A DNA stretch of 64,000 nucleotides, from the NCBI GenBank assembly GCA_009602735.1, contig WELA01000984.1, forward strand, positions 87,589 to 151,588, in the 5' to 3' direction. A program made the translations under genes and the position numbers. Of the stretch, positions 33,321 through 46,430 are shown one piece after another. Origin of the DNA: Mesotaenium endlicherianum. Lineage: Eukaryota. The first letter of the stretch is position 1, and the number at the start of each line of letters is the position of its first letter. The notes beneath the pieces are model-generated. The model was not told where the DNA came from and searched no databases. It saw only the letters and a program-made list of their open reading frames with translations.

Positions 33321-36300
33321 GTGCCGGTTATGAACACCATGAGCACCCTCTACTTGGGCCCCTGGACCCTCCTCTGAGACACAGTGAGCAGCATCGGGAG
33401 GGCAAGGGAATTAGGGGGCGTAAGCCTGTGGCGTTGTACGGGGCGGAGTGCGGTACAGACTTACGTAGTGGGCATCATCAAGCTGAAAGCCCACTCGTTT
33501 ATGGACATCCTGTAAGCTGGCCTGCATAGCAGCCAGCTGTTGGTGCATGAAAAAATCATACGGGGTGGTTCTAGAAGGAACGGGCCCTCCTTGGTAGGCG
33601 GACGCTAAGGGGACCCTGGCATACTAGAAGCACGTGGAACCGGCGCAAATACAGGTGGAGAAGGATACCCCACGGGTCCAGCCTGGTGAGGCTGAAACGG
33701 GTTGACTGCAAACCCAGCTAGTGAGGAGGGTTGAGCAGCGTAGTAAGGAATTACCTGAGCCAAGAGTGCTGTGTTGAAGAAGGCAGGTGGTATGGTGCCC
33801 TTACGCGGTCGGAAAACCCATCCTGAAAGCGTCTTTTGTGGGTGGAGTAGGAAGCAGTCATGGAGTGCATGGCCCTTTTGAGACAGTGATTACACATAGG
33901 CATGGTGGGCTTAGGCGCAGCGGCTGGACCAGTTCCCATGGGATTTTGAGGCGTCGCGACTACCTGCACCATGTTGGCTTCCACTGCCACCCCCTTAGTA
34001 GCCTTGCGCTCTGCTTGCGTTGCTGCTTAAATCACCTCTATCAAATTTCAATTTTACCCACAAACACACATTCTAATTTCTAAACGCTACGCGTGTGTTC
34101 CTTAGTAAGGGCAAATTTGTGGTTTAGTGTGGCACACAAAGCGGGAGTGGCAACAAAGGCGCTAATAAAGTTGATAAAGGCGACGGAGACGTCCACATAC
34201 ATGCCCGTATTTTTGCTCAGCTGTTGGAATTGATCGAACTCTGTACCACATGTTGGGAGTCTTGCGGGGAAGTTGCTTGAAGTCCCGCGCGCAGCGATAA
34301 CTTCCACCAAACTGGCGTATGCCAGGAGCGCTTCTTTGGCTAGGCCCAGTCCTTAGGGATCTACTGCCCAACTATCCACAAAAGCCAGTTCTTGCCTTCT
34401 CCCTGCTACTTGTACCCAGTCTTGTCTCGGGCCATCCTGCCTTAGCTCGGCGGCAACCCCGACGTCGGACGCAAGAGGACCATCTTGTTGGGGGCGGATT
34501 GACTATCGAAACTGGCACAATATTGACAACTACCACATTAGCAGTAGTAGCTGCAGGAGCAGCTACTGGCGCTAGCAGTACAATTGGGAAATCTGGGATG
34601 GTGAGGATATTGTCCCTCCTGAACCGCTGATATAGCAACAAAGCTTTGCCACCCAAATGTGTAGGCACAGTGTCAAAGTACCAATTGAAAAAAAGTTGAT
34701 GGTTACGAGCAAGCAACATTGCCATAGATGCATCAAATTTTATGCACAAAGCGGGTAGTGATATGCCATCTGGCATCAGTGTGCAGTGTAGGTTTGGTGG
34801 GAAACAGAAGTATTGGCCATCTCAGCAGCCATTTCTAACACAAATGAAGAGTTTTCCTCAAACTCCTCTACCAACTAACAGGCAGCAACAAAATTACACG
34901 GAGGACTCAGCACCGAAAGAGGCCGGGGAGGGAGGTAAGGAAGATTTACTTGCTCGCAACCAGACTCTTGGGGCGTATCCTCCGAGCTCTGATCTGGCGG
35001 CAGAAGCTTGACTAGCTCCTCCTGCTGATAAACTAGTACACTTTGGGTGCGGCCAAGAGTGAACAACATACACCCCGGCAAAGAGCAATTTTGAGGCGCG
35101 TTGTACCTGCCGGCTACAAGCTCTCAGACTCTAAGCTTGCGTTGCGTACCTCACTTGCAACTGTAAGAGTCTGCAACTTCCAAAGCGACCTCTCTCCAGT
35201 GACAGGCTTTGCTACAAGTCGCCGACGGGTTCTACGATCCAGGTGAGCTTACAGCTCCTATTGCCTGGTCTCTAACACCTAACCCTAGCGTGACACAGGT
35301 TAGCTTTTGTATGTAAGGGGCTAAAGCACAACAGGAATATCTATTCTAGCATCATCTATCTGGCCTGGTTGAGCGAGAGGACTCAATTAGCGATGTCATG
35401 GCCAGACTTTGGGCTCTAGCGGCTAGAGTTAATGAACCCAACACGTCACACAAGTGCAACAATGGCGGCTCTACATTAAAGAAGAGTGGAGGGATAAACA
35501 AGTGCAATCGACCAAACATATCAATAAATTAAGGAGTGAAGTAGAGCTCTTACAAAGCATGTAGATTGAAAATACAAAAGCTAACACCAAAATGGTGTTA
35601 TCGTCCTGTCGAAGTAGCGTGCCCGCGAAACACTTATATCCAACAACTATGCAAACAAAAGAAGTCCTACCTAACCGCATTAATGTGTCAACGTGTTATC
35701 TCCACTAGTGACACATTCAAACACTAGAATGGGACAAACGGGATAGGGCAAAAGGGACGGATGGACGTAGTACTAGCGGCGCCCCATGGGTACCCCTACT
35801 CTCCTCAACCCCTAGCAATCCCATGGGGCATGCCCTGCGGGATTGCCTATCGTACATGAGAACTTAGCCATGGACAGTGGTGGATACCACTTGGTATACC
35901 AGCGTTGACCCTACAGACAAGCGAACCTAAGGGTCGACCTCCACATGTGTGGACGGCTAGACCACGTGTGAAGGTAAAGAGTGAGCGCAATATCCGGGAG
36001 GAGCCTCGCAGCTGCTCAGTAGCAGATCCTCGTGAGCGGATCGTAGGCCCAAGTGCTCACCACAATTGTTTATGAAATAAGCGCTCCCTACCACCCTAAC
36101 CCGACAGACCCCTAAGTCATGTGAACACCCTCAACACTCTGACAATCCAGGCTAGACACCAAAGGGACTTGACAACAATAAGCATGACACTCACAAACAA
36201 CGATGTTGTTTGAGTATGTGTGCGCAAGTTTGCTTCTTTTGTTAAGGCCCCTTCATTTAAAAATTGTGAGAGCCAACCTCCGCTCTCTTCAAAGTACCCG

Positions 36301-36381
36301 TTTGTGTAACTAAGCAGTCGCTTTTGACCGTGCGTGCTTGTTTGATCGTGGGTCCTTGACAGTTTGTTGTTTGGTTCAGAA

Positions 36382-36608
36382 CCTAGTTTTGAAATTCGGA
36401 TACAGCGCATACGGATTCGCCAATTTGCCGTACGTACAGAAAGTGAGAGTCAAACCTGTACGTTAGACGCCAAAATACGTGAGTGTCGGTGGAATAACCC
36501 GACTATAAATCGAAAATAAATCAAAAATTTGGTTATACGCCAATACGGAGTATTGCAATACGTATGATTGGGCCAAAAGAGGCTGTACGAGAGTATTATA
36601 AAACTAGG
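36382..36608. mobile_element. hAT-type MITE, copy 1
   Basis: TIR CCTAGTTTT..AAAACTAGG; reverse complement of 42230-42448; degenerate 8-bp TSD GTTCAGAA/GTTCAAGA. Confidence 0.8.
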
Positions 36609-38550
36609 GTTCAAGATGGGCCGGGAATGTCCAAGCGGATCCTCAAAAGTTTTACTGGGCTCGCAACTCATAACCGTTCCTTGCGCCAAGTGGTTGTCCT
36701 CTTTCTTTGTGAGAGAATGGTCTGGCGCAGAGCGGCCATGGTTGCCATGGCGGGGCTTCAACCTCGCGTGGCACCATTGAGGCATGTAGACGAGGTTGTG
36801 GTGTGGACGCTCTCATGCGAATAAAACTTTCAAGCAAAAACTTTGGGAGACAGTGGGAGATGGCGGGTGGGGTTGGACAGGAGCTTTGCCGCCGTAGCTC
36901 ACAGCTTGGTTCTTGTGGGTTATGGCTCGGCATGTAGTAATCTCCATGAGAATCATTTTGTTTCAGCGTCAATGTTTGCCGTGACCCATCGACTTTTTGT
37001 GACGCGTAATTTGTCATCATTTCTTGGGGCGCTTCGTGTGGAAGTTCGCGGAACCCCACCAATTTGAAACTTGCGATCAAGGGGTGTTGTGCCTAACCAC
37101 GTCGAGACCAAGGCACGTGTGATGCCTTCCAGCATGTGTACCATTGACCTAGTTAACGTGTCGGTAGTCCTTGGACCTTCACGCGTGTGTCCTTTGCCTG
37201 GTCAATTGGTTGGTGCATCCCTGCACGTGAGGACTACACTTGGTCGATTGACCTTCACACGTGTGTCAGTGACAGATTTTGTGTAGCTGACCATTTGTGG
37301 TCATTTTGCATTGGCACAAGCTGGTTTAAGGATTAGCACTTGGTGTTTTCCACACCAAGTCTCTTTTCTTTCTTAGTTCCGTTCTCATGATTGTACAACT
37401 TGCAAAACGTTTCGGCCTGCCTAACTCTCCTTACAAGGACAAAAGCGTCTTACTTCCACATAAGCTTTCACCCAAGTTGAATGGCATGCAGATAAATAAA
37501 GTCTAATTTGTAGAAATCAGGTCTAAGCAAATCAGCAAGCAACACCAGATTTCAGAGAAAATTGCCCACTAGGGCTTTTGCTTGACTTCACAAAATTCCA
37601 GCTTACAAAACTCTAAACTCACAACATCTATACCTGCCTGGCCTGAGCCTTTCGCTCTTTTGCCACGCCTAACACTTCTTCATTGTTGGCTGGCTCATTC
37701 AGTTCTTCACCGAGGGCTTTCTTGCTAATTTTCTCTTACTTTTCAACAATTTGACTATTGAGACTTCTGAGAACTTAGATTCTAACACGGGACTCACGAG
37801 TCACCATTCTATGTGCTCTTTGCACGCTTGTGGTGTTTGGTCCAAAATTGCGCTAAAATCTCTCTAGCAGATCTTGTGTGCAAAATCTCTAACAAGAATT
37901 CTTTCTTGAAAACTCCTAGCTTCAACTTTCTATGGTATAAAGCATGAGAATGGAGGCAAACATCTTCAGCGTCTTGAATCCCTGGAGCCTTGGGAGCTCC
38001 TTTCTCCTTCTTCTTTGCGCATTATCTTCCTTCTTCTCTCTCTCTCCTTCACCTTCTAAATTCCCTGGCAAAAATGTGCGAGGAAAGAATGAGGACAGAG
38101 TGTGCAAGGCTCATGCCTATCATAGGCACCACGCATGTGCTCTCTCTTGAAAGCGTCGTGACTTAGTCACCGATTAACATGCATGCACGGCTCACAGCGA
38201 TCATTCTTGAGACTTCAATTTTGTTGCGTCACTCAACCTGCTTGCAAGCCTTGTGACGGTCGCGCGTGCTGGCTTAATCTTTTGGTCAGCGTCCACGCCT
38301 TTGTGACCATTGAGCCTATGTCTCTTAACGTGGCAGCTCCGTTGTGGCAACCTTGTTGAGGGGCCATGGCTGAGCTGGCCTGCACTCTCAGCGCAGCCTC
38401 ACTTGGCAATCACAAAGATGGCTGCTTTATTAGCTCTGCCTGACTTGGCAGCTGCTGGCTTGGACCATTTGCAGGTCCTAGTGGGGTCAGCCTTGCAATC
38501 GACCTGGCTTTGTCAAAACCCCACCCATTGCTTCTTGACATATTTGACTT

Positions 38551-41500
38551 CACATGCACCACGCGCAGGCCGAATTACGCGACACTAAATTTTGGCGCTG
38601 GGGGTACCAATTCGATACCGATCGGTCTCACTCGCGACTCTTTTGACAAAGTTAAGAACGCGTTGCAGCAGCTCACTTCTTTATAATCTTCTTTATAATT
38701 CTTTGTACACACTCTTAGCACTTACAACTCCTAATTAGAAGTTGTTAAGCACTTAAGGAGAAACACTTCACAACAAAGAAAAAGACTTGAGACGAAGTGT
38801 GGAGGCATTTACGACTAAATGAAAGTGGCGGATTCACAAGAGTAGAGCCTATAAAAGGTAAATTATGGCTCTTCTTGCTGCACTCCCGCCCCGTTAACTT
38901 TTAGTACTGTTAATTGTAATGTTTGTTATTTGCTTTGAAAAAACCGCAAATGGGTTTGGGACATTTCCACCCCGTGAATTTGTGGACATATCCGTATAAA
39001 CATATTTAGAGATGGTTTTGTGAGGAGGGGTACGAGCGACCTTGGAAACGCAGGGAAGTGTAAGTGTCAACATAAGCAGCATAAGAAGGGAAGAAACATC
39101 ATTCTTACTTCACTTTTGCCTTGGGGGCAGGTTGGGGGCAAATTAGGGGGGCAGATTTGAGGATATTCATTATTTGTTTACACAACAAGTTTTAATACTT
39201 ACCTGAGCAGTAGTAGTCCAGTATTAGTACTACATTACTCATACATTACTCATTATTCACCTCTTTACTTCTTTTCTTTCGGGGTGGGGCTAGGACTGTC
39301 AAACCAGGCCAAAAAGATCGCCCTCTATAACATGGGCATCATTCCCCAACTACTGCAGCAACTGTGGTGCAGCAAGAGGTGTGGGACTTACCTACTGTCT
39401 GTAGTGCAACAAGTCTTTCATGCGGGCTGTAGAAGTGGACCCTATGGGCTGGCTTGTTAATTATAGAATACGTGTCTATAAGAGGATAGACTCTACTCCT
39501 CAAGCAAGTGTCCGCACTAGTGATGTGAATGTGCCTAAGAACTTGTTTGAGACTCTTCTTGCACATGTAGGCAAAGAATTTTCCCACTGGGCTACCAAAT
39601 TGCTTCCAAAATCAGGAGAGGTGGTAGCTATTGTGCCCCCTTTTTTCATAGAATGGAGGATGAACAAGTTTGGAGAGAAATCTTTCACATTAAAGTTTTC
39701 ATATTCAGTTTTAAACATGAGGGGGCATGTTGTGATGGCCCTTGACCAATGTTGTGATAGACTTTTTTGGAAGGCACGTCATCATATTGACACTAGCACT
39801 CATATACAGTATAGACTTGCAGATTACCCTCTTAGGACGCATGCACATGGGCTTGAAGTTAAGGATGCCATGATAGAAGCAACACAACTTGCAAGAGCTA
39901 ACCTGCTACAGAAGGAACAACAGAGGATTAAAAGAGAGAGAGAGAGAAGTATAAGAGAGCTTATGAGTTGCAAGAAGCTGCTGATTTAGCAACTCGTGAG
40001 TTGAGAATGCAAAGGTCACAGGATCTGCGCATACCTGCTGAAAAGAAACCAGATTTTGATCCTACTTCTGCACCTTAACCTCCTACTACCTCTAAGCTAG
40101 CTAAACAAGCTGCTATACAAGTCATGAGAGAGGCAAGAGCTAAGGTTGCAAATGAAGTGAGGCAAGTGCTTCAACACAGAAAAGAGGAAGACAGGTTGAT
40201 TGCGCAACATGAGAAGGAGCATGCTCAAGCAATTCAAGCTTTGGTAAGAGAAGGCAAGCACTTGTCATCAAAAGAGCTTATGAAGAGAGCGCGCAAGGTA
40301 GCTGCCAACAAGAGAAGCACTCCAGCTATTTAGATGAGCTGCATATATACATATTGTACATTTGATTAATATTTCCTTCCTACACTAAGCATGTATTCCA
40401 CCTACTCTACTTCTCCACCTGCTTCTTTTATGTCTGTTGGATCAGATCTTGTTAAAATTGGTGCCAGTTGTCGTCGCTTAAACACCACTTTCTTCCTCTT
40501 TTGTCTTTCATTTTTACTCGATGATAGCTTTATGATGAATGGTAGCTTCTGTATGAATGTGTACAAAGTTATAGGCGGATTGGTAGGTAGGAAGGTGGTA
40601 AAATATTGGTTCAGCAGATTTTTGGTATTTTTTGATTTTTTGATTCTAAATAATATTTTTTGCATTTTTGGGAAAAATTGTATTTGAGAATGTAGAATTC
40701 ACTTCTGCCTACACACCAAATTTGTGGCATAGATTGAAATGCACATGTAGCAGGACTTATGAGGGTGAGAGAACTCAAATGTCATTTTTACTTGTACTTT
40801 TCATTAAACTTCAAAAAACTCTCAAAGTTTGAAAACACCTTCAAATTTTAAACTTGAAACTGTTATGCAATCCTCTTACATAGAAGAACAGTCTTGAAAA
40901 TTTATAGCATTAAACAATGCTGGGTTGTTAACATATGCCACTGAACACATGCATTAAAGAGAGTCACCTTTCAAGAAGTAAACGACTTCTCGCATACTTT
41001 TGCATATATACCTCATGGGCCCTATCTTGGGCTGTGGTGCTTAGAATGGACTGTAACTTGACCATTAGCACTATGGGAAGGTACAAAATCTAGTGGGATC
41101 ATGTTCAAATCCATTCTCCAAGTATTTTTGCATTGTACGAACTGGCATGCTTCACATGTGCGAGAAACTCCACATGTCATTTTGGAGGCTCACAGCCTGG
41201 TGTAGTTTGATGCAAACTGATTTTTTTTTAAAATCATGACTACCCAGTTGGGTCCTTAATGCCTCTTCAAAATTTGGGGGGAATCAAGAAGTGGAGTACA
41301 AGTTACGGCCATCTGTATGAAGTGATAAAGAGTGCAACATGTAACATTTTTCGAATTCTTGCTTACTTTTGCAAATTTCAGTTCGTGTGCATATCTTGGG
41401 TCTCAATGAATGGAATGACCCAAAACCTCACCAACAGCTCTATGAGGGCATGAAAAAACAATTTGCGAATCCGCACTACACATATACCGCATTTTACGAA

Positions 41501-41897
41501 TTGCCACTCTTCACATGTGTAAAAATCGCCCATACCTTGAAGAAATTATATGAAAAATAAAATTTTATTTTATTTTCTGCCTATCTATGAGGATTCTTAG
41601 TAGCCTCTCAAAAAAAGGAGTCAATCATGAAATCTTTGGACAACTGATGGTCATTTGTATGAAGCAGCAAGAATGAGACAAAGTGAGAATTTCCACTTTT
41701 GTCGACAAATTTTTCACTTTCACTAAAAGTGCAGCAACTTATGAAGAATATGTCAACTGTGTTTGAAACTTTAGGGAGGTCTACATACATGGGTTGTCTA
41801 TGAGAATCTCAAATTTCAGACCATTTCGACAAAACCGCCACAAATGGCGCTAAAAGGTACCTGAGTGTCCAAAAAATTGGCATTTGGGCTGCATGTG
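38551..41897 (+). mobile_element. Non-autonomous TIR DNA element with CAC ends and 2-bp TSD (CACTA/CMC-like)
   Basis: CACATGCA...TGCATGTG ends, TT on both flanks; the homologous empty site gacttgtc is at ~49586-49593; AT-rich interior. Confidence 0.75.
39332..40333 (+). pseudogene. Decayed orphan ORF (~330 codons) with N-terminal C4 zinc ribbon
   Basis: YCSNCGAARGVGLTYCL*CNKSF is in frame with ORF 39420-39989; after a (GA)n slip it continues into ORF 40124-40333. Confidence 0.6.
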
Positions 41898-42229
41898 TTG
41901 TCACTGTCACTCTCACGTGTGACTTGACTTGTGCTTTCAGTGTTGACTTTCACACATCAACAATTTGGTCGGTGAGTTGATGCTGACTTTTCGTACCTGA
42001 GGCAATCGTAACTCGCGCCACGCGTCCAACTGGTGATAGCCGCGACAGACTTCGTGCCTAACCACGTCAAGACCAGGGCACGTGTGATGCCTTCTAGCTG
42101 CCAGCACAAGTGGCATCAATCTAGTTGACGCGTCAGTGGTCTTTTACACGTGTGTCCTTTGCCTGGTCCATTGGTTGGTGCATCCCTGCACGTGAGGAGT
42201 TAACCTAGTCGATCAACCTTCACACGTAT

Positions 42230-42448
42230 CCTAGTTTTAAAATACTCCCGTACAGCATCTTTTGGCCAAATTGTACGTATTGCAATACTCCGTATCGGCG
42301 TATAACCAATTTTTTGATTTATTTCCGATTTATAGTCAGTTTATTCCACCAACACTCACGTATTTTGGCGTATTCCAACGTACAAGTTTGACTCTCACAC
42401 GGCGAATCGACGAATCCGTATGCGCCGTATCCGAATTTCAAAACTAGG
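42230..42448. mobile_element. hAT-type MITE, copy 2, perfect 8-bp TSD ACACGTAT
   Basis: TSD at 42222-42229 and 42449-42456; TIR CCTAGTTTT; empty-site homolog at ~37255. Confidence 0.9.
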
Positions 42449-42499
42449 ACACGTATGTCATTTGGTGACATAGTTTTTGTAGCTGACCATTGTTGGTCA

Positions 42500-44902
42500 T
42501 GTCGTGCATTATGAGGTCGGACGCGTCTGATCTATGTTAGCAACACACAAGCGGCAAGCAAGACTTGCTATGATGAAAAGCAAAATGCATGCGGCCTTAT
42601 GGCCAAAAAGAAGGTCAAATGTCAAATGTTTTAATTCGTGTACTCTCCAAAGTGAGCACCTCAAGACTGTGATCTGGTAGGAAAACAACTAATGAAGTCT
42701 GGCCCAAAAGGTCACTAGAAGCACATCATGATCTTCAAGAGTAGTCCTATGGCAGGGTTTAAGCTGTGGCTTTGCTCACCACTTGTGAAGTTCTTCTAGT
42801 GACTGGAAGCCAGGAGGGCTTGCTCTTCTCAAGAGAGAGACTCAGTGGTCCTGAAAACACCAGAGATGAAAGTGTAAGCTTTACTAATAACTCTGCAACT
42901 TCCAGCTGGCATAATTGACTTCTAAAAAGATGTCCTTCTAAGGGCATCTACTACTATATACTCCCTACAAAACCGGCGCTGAAGGCGGCGGATTCAATGC
43001 ACATAGTCACACTAGGAGGCTGTAATGAATCAGTTCATTATTTATTTAATGAATTGCATATACAAACATAACACTAAATAAGTATAATGTCTATATACTC
43101 ACATGTGCGAGTTCATCTAAAAGAATGTATGTCGATGTAATGCGAGTTTACTTACTTTGTCAGAAAAAGTCAGCAAGGTCACTTTTGTACCATAGTGTAG
43201 TTTGCTGACTTTGTTGAAAAGGTCAACAGGATGACTTTTGTATCATGGTGTAGTTTGCTGAGATTTATATATCAGTTATATACAGGATATAATATTAGTA
43301 GGTTGACATATAGTAAGCTCGCTTGATATTAGTCAATATACTTAGCTTCAGTACGCTGAGGATAGACATATTCATTTAGATTGTTATTTGTAGATTGGCA
43401 CACGTGACCGAAGTATACTGAAAGTTGGGAGGTCGACTGAGATTCGGTAAACCGATGTCCTACCAGTGTGGTTAACTCCTGGGTAGGCGGAGCCGTCGTC
43501 AGTCAACTGAACAGTTAGGACTTCAGTCAACCGACCAATTAATATGGTCGTTATACCTAGATCCGTGGGTCCCAACTTAACGGGTTTCCCACGAAACGGC
43601 GCACCTTGCGCCGTGGTCAACCAGGCGGTCACTAGGTACATAGCAGGCTGGGATCTCGTGGTCCCTCATTCTGGACAGTAGGCTTTACAGTCGGATTTCT
43701 ACTTGCAAGTCATGTGTGCACTTTTTGGGTTCGTTTTAATGACCAGCCTTCACGGATATTGACATGGCTGCTTTGTCTGCGCTCCAAATGGAGCGGACTA
43801 GGACTTTTCGGAAAGGTCTCGTCAAGATGCATCCGTTGCCGTTAAGTCTTTTCAATTTGGAGTAGTATTGGCAGAGATATGCCCTCTGACATTTTGGGGT
43901 CACATAGCGGACAGATTCCATGGTTTTGCACCTAAGTCAGTGGGATGTGTTTTAGCTACATTATGGTCACCTGAATGAGAGCGCCTTTGCTATTCAGTCC
44001 CCTGATGTTGTGCTTGTGCTATACATGCTTGCATGCCTGGTAGGCAAGAGGCCATGAGTTTCTAAAGGAGAAGCTCAAGTCCTCCAGCTCGCCTCTTACT
44101 TGTGTCTCGTGTCAGTGTGCAACTATGGCACACTACGGTAAATGAGTCAAGGGGTGTAGATGAGTAAATGGAATTCATTATGAGGGCGAAGATCGCTCCC
44201 TGATTTCCCACGCTTCCACCTATCTCTGATCTTATATATTTAAATGAAATATATTAATCTTGATAAGCAAGATTCATTTCAGAGGCTCTCCTAGGTCCAC
44301 GAAAGTGGAGGTAAGGCAAGTACTAGCTCTCCTATTGGCTAAGCATAACACACACCAATCAAATACAGTGCAAGGAAGAGGATGCGTGACTCTCATTGGT
44401 GGAGCTTACCTCAATCAATGCTACCTAGATAATGCCTCAAAAGTGGATCTGAAACGTAAGGAAGCTTCCTCTAGGAATGAGTGATGCAATCACCAAGTTA
44501 TAGCTCCAATGGTGCTCATATACTATGCTAATGCATGCTAAGTGTATTTTATCAAGCTCGCGAATTTGTGTGCTACTGGCTAGAGGTCCTTGGAGTCGCG
44601 AAGAGCCAACAATGTGACCTTTGGGAACATTGAGTCACAAAGTGGCCCTTGGTGAAGTCCGCTAGGGGCCGGTAGGTGGCGCGGACTAGATTGCGAATAT
44701 CTCGCTCGACACTTGACCAAATGGCGTGCAACCGATGTCATTCGGAAGGTGACGCGACGCTCTACACTTTAGCGATTTGGAATGCTAGCAAAGGTCACAA
44801 TATGAATGCGTGAAGCAAGGCCAAAGTCGGCTCTGCTAGGTCGACGGTCGACGCACGTGTGTCTCGTCTGGGGCAACGGTCCCAACCTAATGAGTCATGA
44901 CA
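42500..44902. mobile_element. Solo LTR (family D, ~1.14 kb net), 4-bp TSD GTCA
   Basis: TGTCGTG...CATGACA ends, GTCA on both flanks; reverse-complement homolog of 63109-64000. Confidence 0.85.
43021..44281 (+). mobile_element. Solo LTR (1261 bp) related to chromovirus 1, 5-bp TSD GAGGC
   Basis: TGTAATGAATCAGT...GATTCATTTCA ends as in chromovirus 1; shared core gtcctacca..gtggttaactcc.gggtaggc; GAGGC on both flanks. Confidence 0.92.
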
Positions 44903-45014
44903 GTCATCCTCCACTGGCACAAGCCAATTTGAGGGTTAGCACTCAGTGTTTTCCACACCAAGTCTTTTTCAAGATTGAACAATTTTAAAAAGGTTTCCGC
45001 CTACCTAGCTCTCC

Positions 45015-46430
45015 TTACACCCTTCCCTTGCAACTAGCTAGGGCGTCCCGCTTCTTGACTGCAAGTTGCTTTTGCTCTTCAAATTTCTGGCTGGGGGGTT
45101 TAGGAAGGCAGTCAAGGCACTCCCAACGACCTGCCATAATTTCTTCCTCTCCAATGCAAAAAGTGTGCCGTCTGGCACCACACTTATCACAAGTCACCAT
45201 TGCCTCTTGATCATCCAACACTTTGCAGCTGGCACGAGGTGTGGCTGGCACCAATTCCTCAGGCTCATCCCTAACAGTAGAATCTATGTTTGCCAAATGG
45301 CTAAGTGAGCAATTTTGCCCATGATCTCTCATAGTCTTACCGTCAAAACTTTCCAGCTCTAACACGCAATTTTCAAATGCATATTTCACGCGCAAGATGA
45401 ATGACCTGAATTGGTGTCGATGGCGGTCTTGGTCTGTCGCTTCCTCTAGACAAAGTCTCCTTCTTGGATCTGTGTCATCTGTAGGCAATATCTCCATCTT
45501 GACTCTTTGCGTAATGCTGGATATCTCGCTTTTGGGAAAAGTCTCTCTCGCTGGATATCTCTGCTTTTAGTCTCTCTAGGTAAACTCTTATTTTCAGCCG
45601 GTGCATAGTCGCTTGATCCTTCAGATCTCTTTATTGAACAAGGGTAGTGGCTCAGCTTCACCTGACACTGCCATGCCAACCATTTTGGCCAGATTCTGCT
45701 GGGCTGCTCGCGTCTTCCTCTTCACGAGAACCTCTTCTATTGTCAGAGGATGGATTAGGATTCCTACTGAGTCCATCGGCGTTGTTGTTCGGCACACCTT
45801 CTTGGTGCACCCTAATTATCTGATACTCCTGTAGCTTGAGAGCCCAGCGAGCCAGCTTCAGCCTTCACGGAGAGAACACCGTTCTTCTTGAGCCATACTA
45901 ATGGCGAGTAACCTGTAAATAGCTCAAAGGGTCTTCTCCATGAATACTCTCTAAAGTGTGCGACGGCCCAAACCGCTGTCAGTTGCTCTCCTTTGTAATT
46001 GCTCTCTGCTCTTTTAATGGAGCGCGAAGTCTAGGCAATCACGTACTCTTTCCTAGGGCTTTCGGCCTGGGTGAGCACTGCTCCAATTCCCACACTGACT
46101 CCAGTCTATGTGTAGGTTAAATGGCTTGGAATAGTCTGGTGTCCCTAGGACTGGGACTATTACCAGCCTTTCCTTCATCCCATTCATAGCGTTTTCTTGG
46201 GCGTTTGTCCACACGAAAGACACATCCTTTTTCAAAACTTCTATCTATGGCGGGGGCATTTTTCAGCCTGAAGGCATCACTATCCATTGCCATAGATCTC
46301 TTTGAGCCTCAAAAATGGTCTTACCTCAATCTTCTGTTTCACAGAGATTTGGTTGAAGCCTTGCCGCGGATCAATGATGCTGAACACCTTCTTGGTGGTG
46401 GCAATAGAGAAGATCCGCTCCGGCGTGGGC
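45015..46430 (-). pseudogene. Element B': internally deleted relative of element B (RT/RH fragments, INT C-terminus, PHD finger)
   Basis: SCKVLDDQEAMVTCDKCGARRHTFC...WECLDC; PVLGTPDYSKPFNLHIDWS; nucleotide similarity to 51.7-54.4 kb. Confidence 0.85.

Larger units (their letters stand above)
15200..35300 (-). mobile_element. Element A: decayed Ty3/Gypsy retrotransposon (gag-PR-DNMT-RT-RH-INT-PHD), split by the chromovirus at 21502-33320; ends approximate
   Basis: Minus-strand fragments in Gypsy order: gag-like with CNHC knuckle ~33.8-34.8 kb; protease-like ~19.7-20.2 kb; DNMT 18.5-19.45 kb; RT (MSFGLKNAPAHFQRIMD); RH; INT (IEHLTKW, EILTDRG, HPEADG); PHD. Many stops and frameshifts; LTRs not identified. 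Confidence 0.8.
37085..45019 (-). repeat. 3' LTR-like region of element B' (one ~1.6-kb unit plus a partial second unit), broken by four insertions
   Basis: Starts TGTAAGG (minus) at 45019 after purine tract GGGAAGGG; pieces 37436-38550, 41900-42229, 42457-42499 and 44907-45019 are homologous to 48455-51694. Confidence 0.75.

Noticed and set aside
36382..42448. Inverted MITE pair as the TIRs of one 6-kb composite transposon
   Set aside because: Each copy has its own TIRs and its own TSD.
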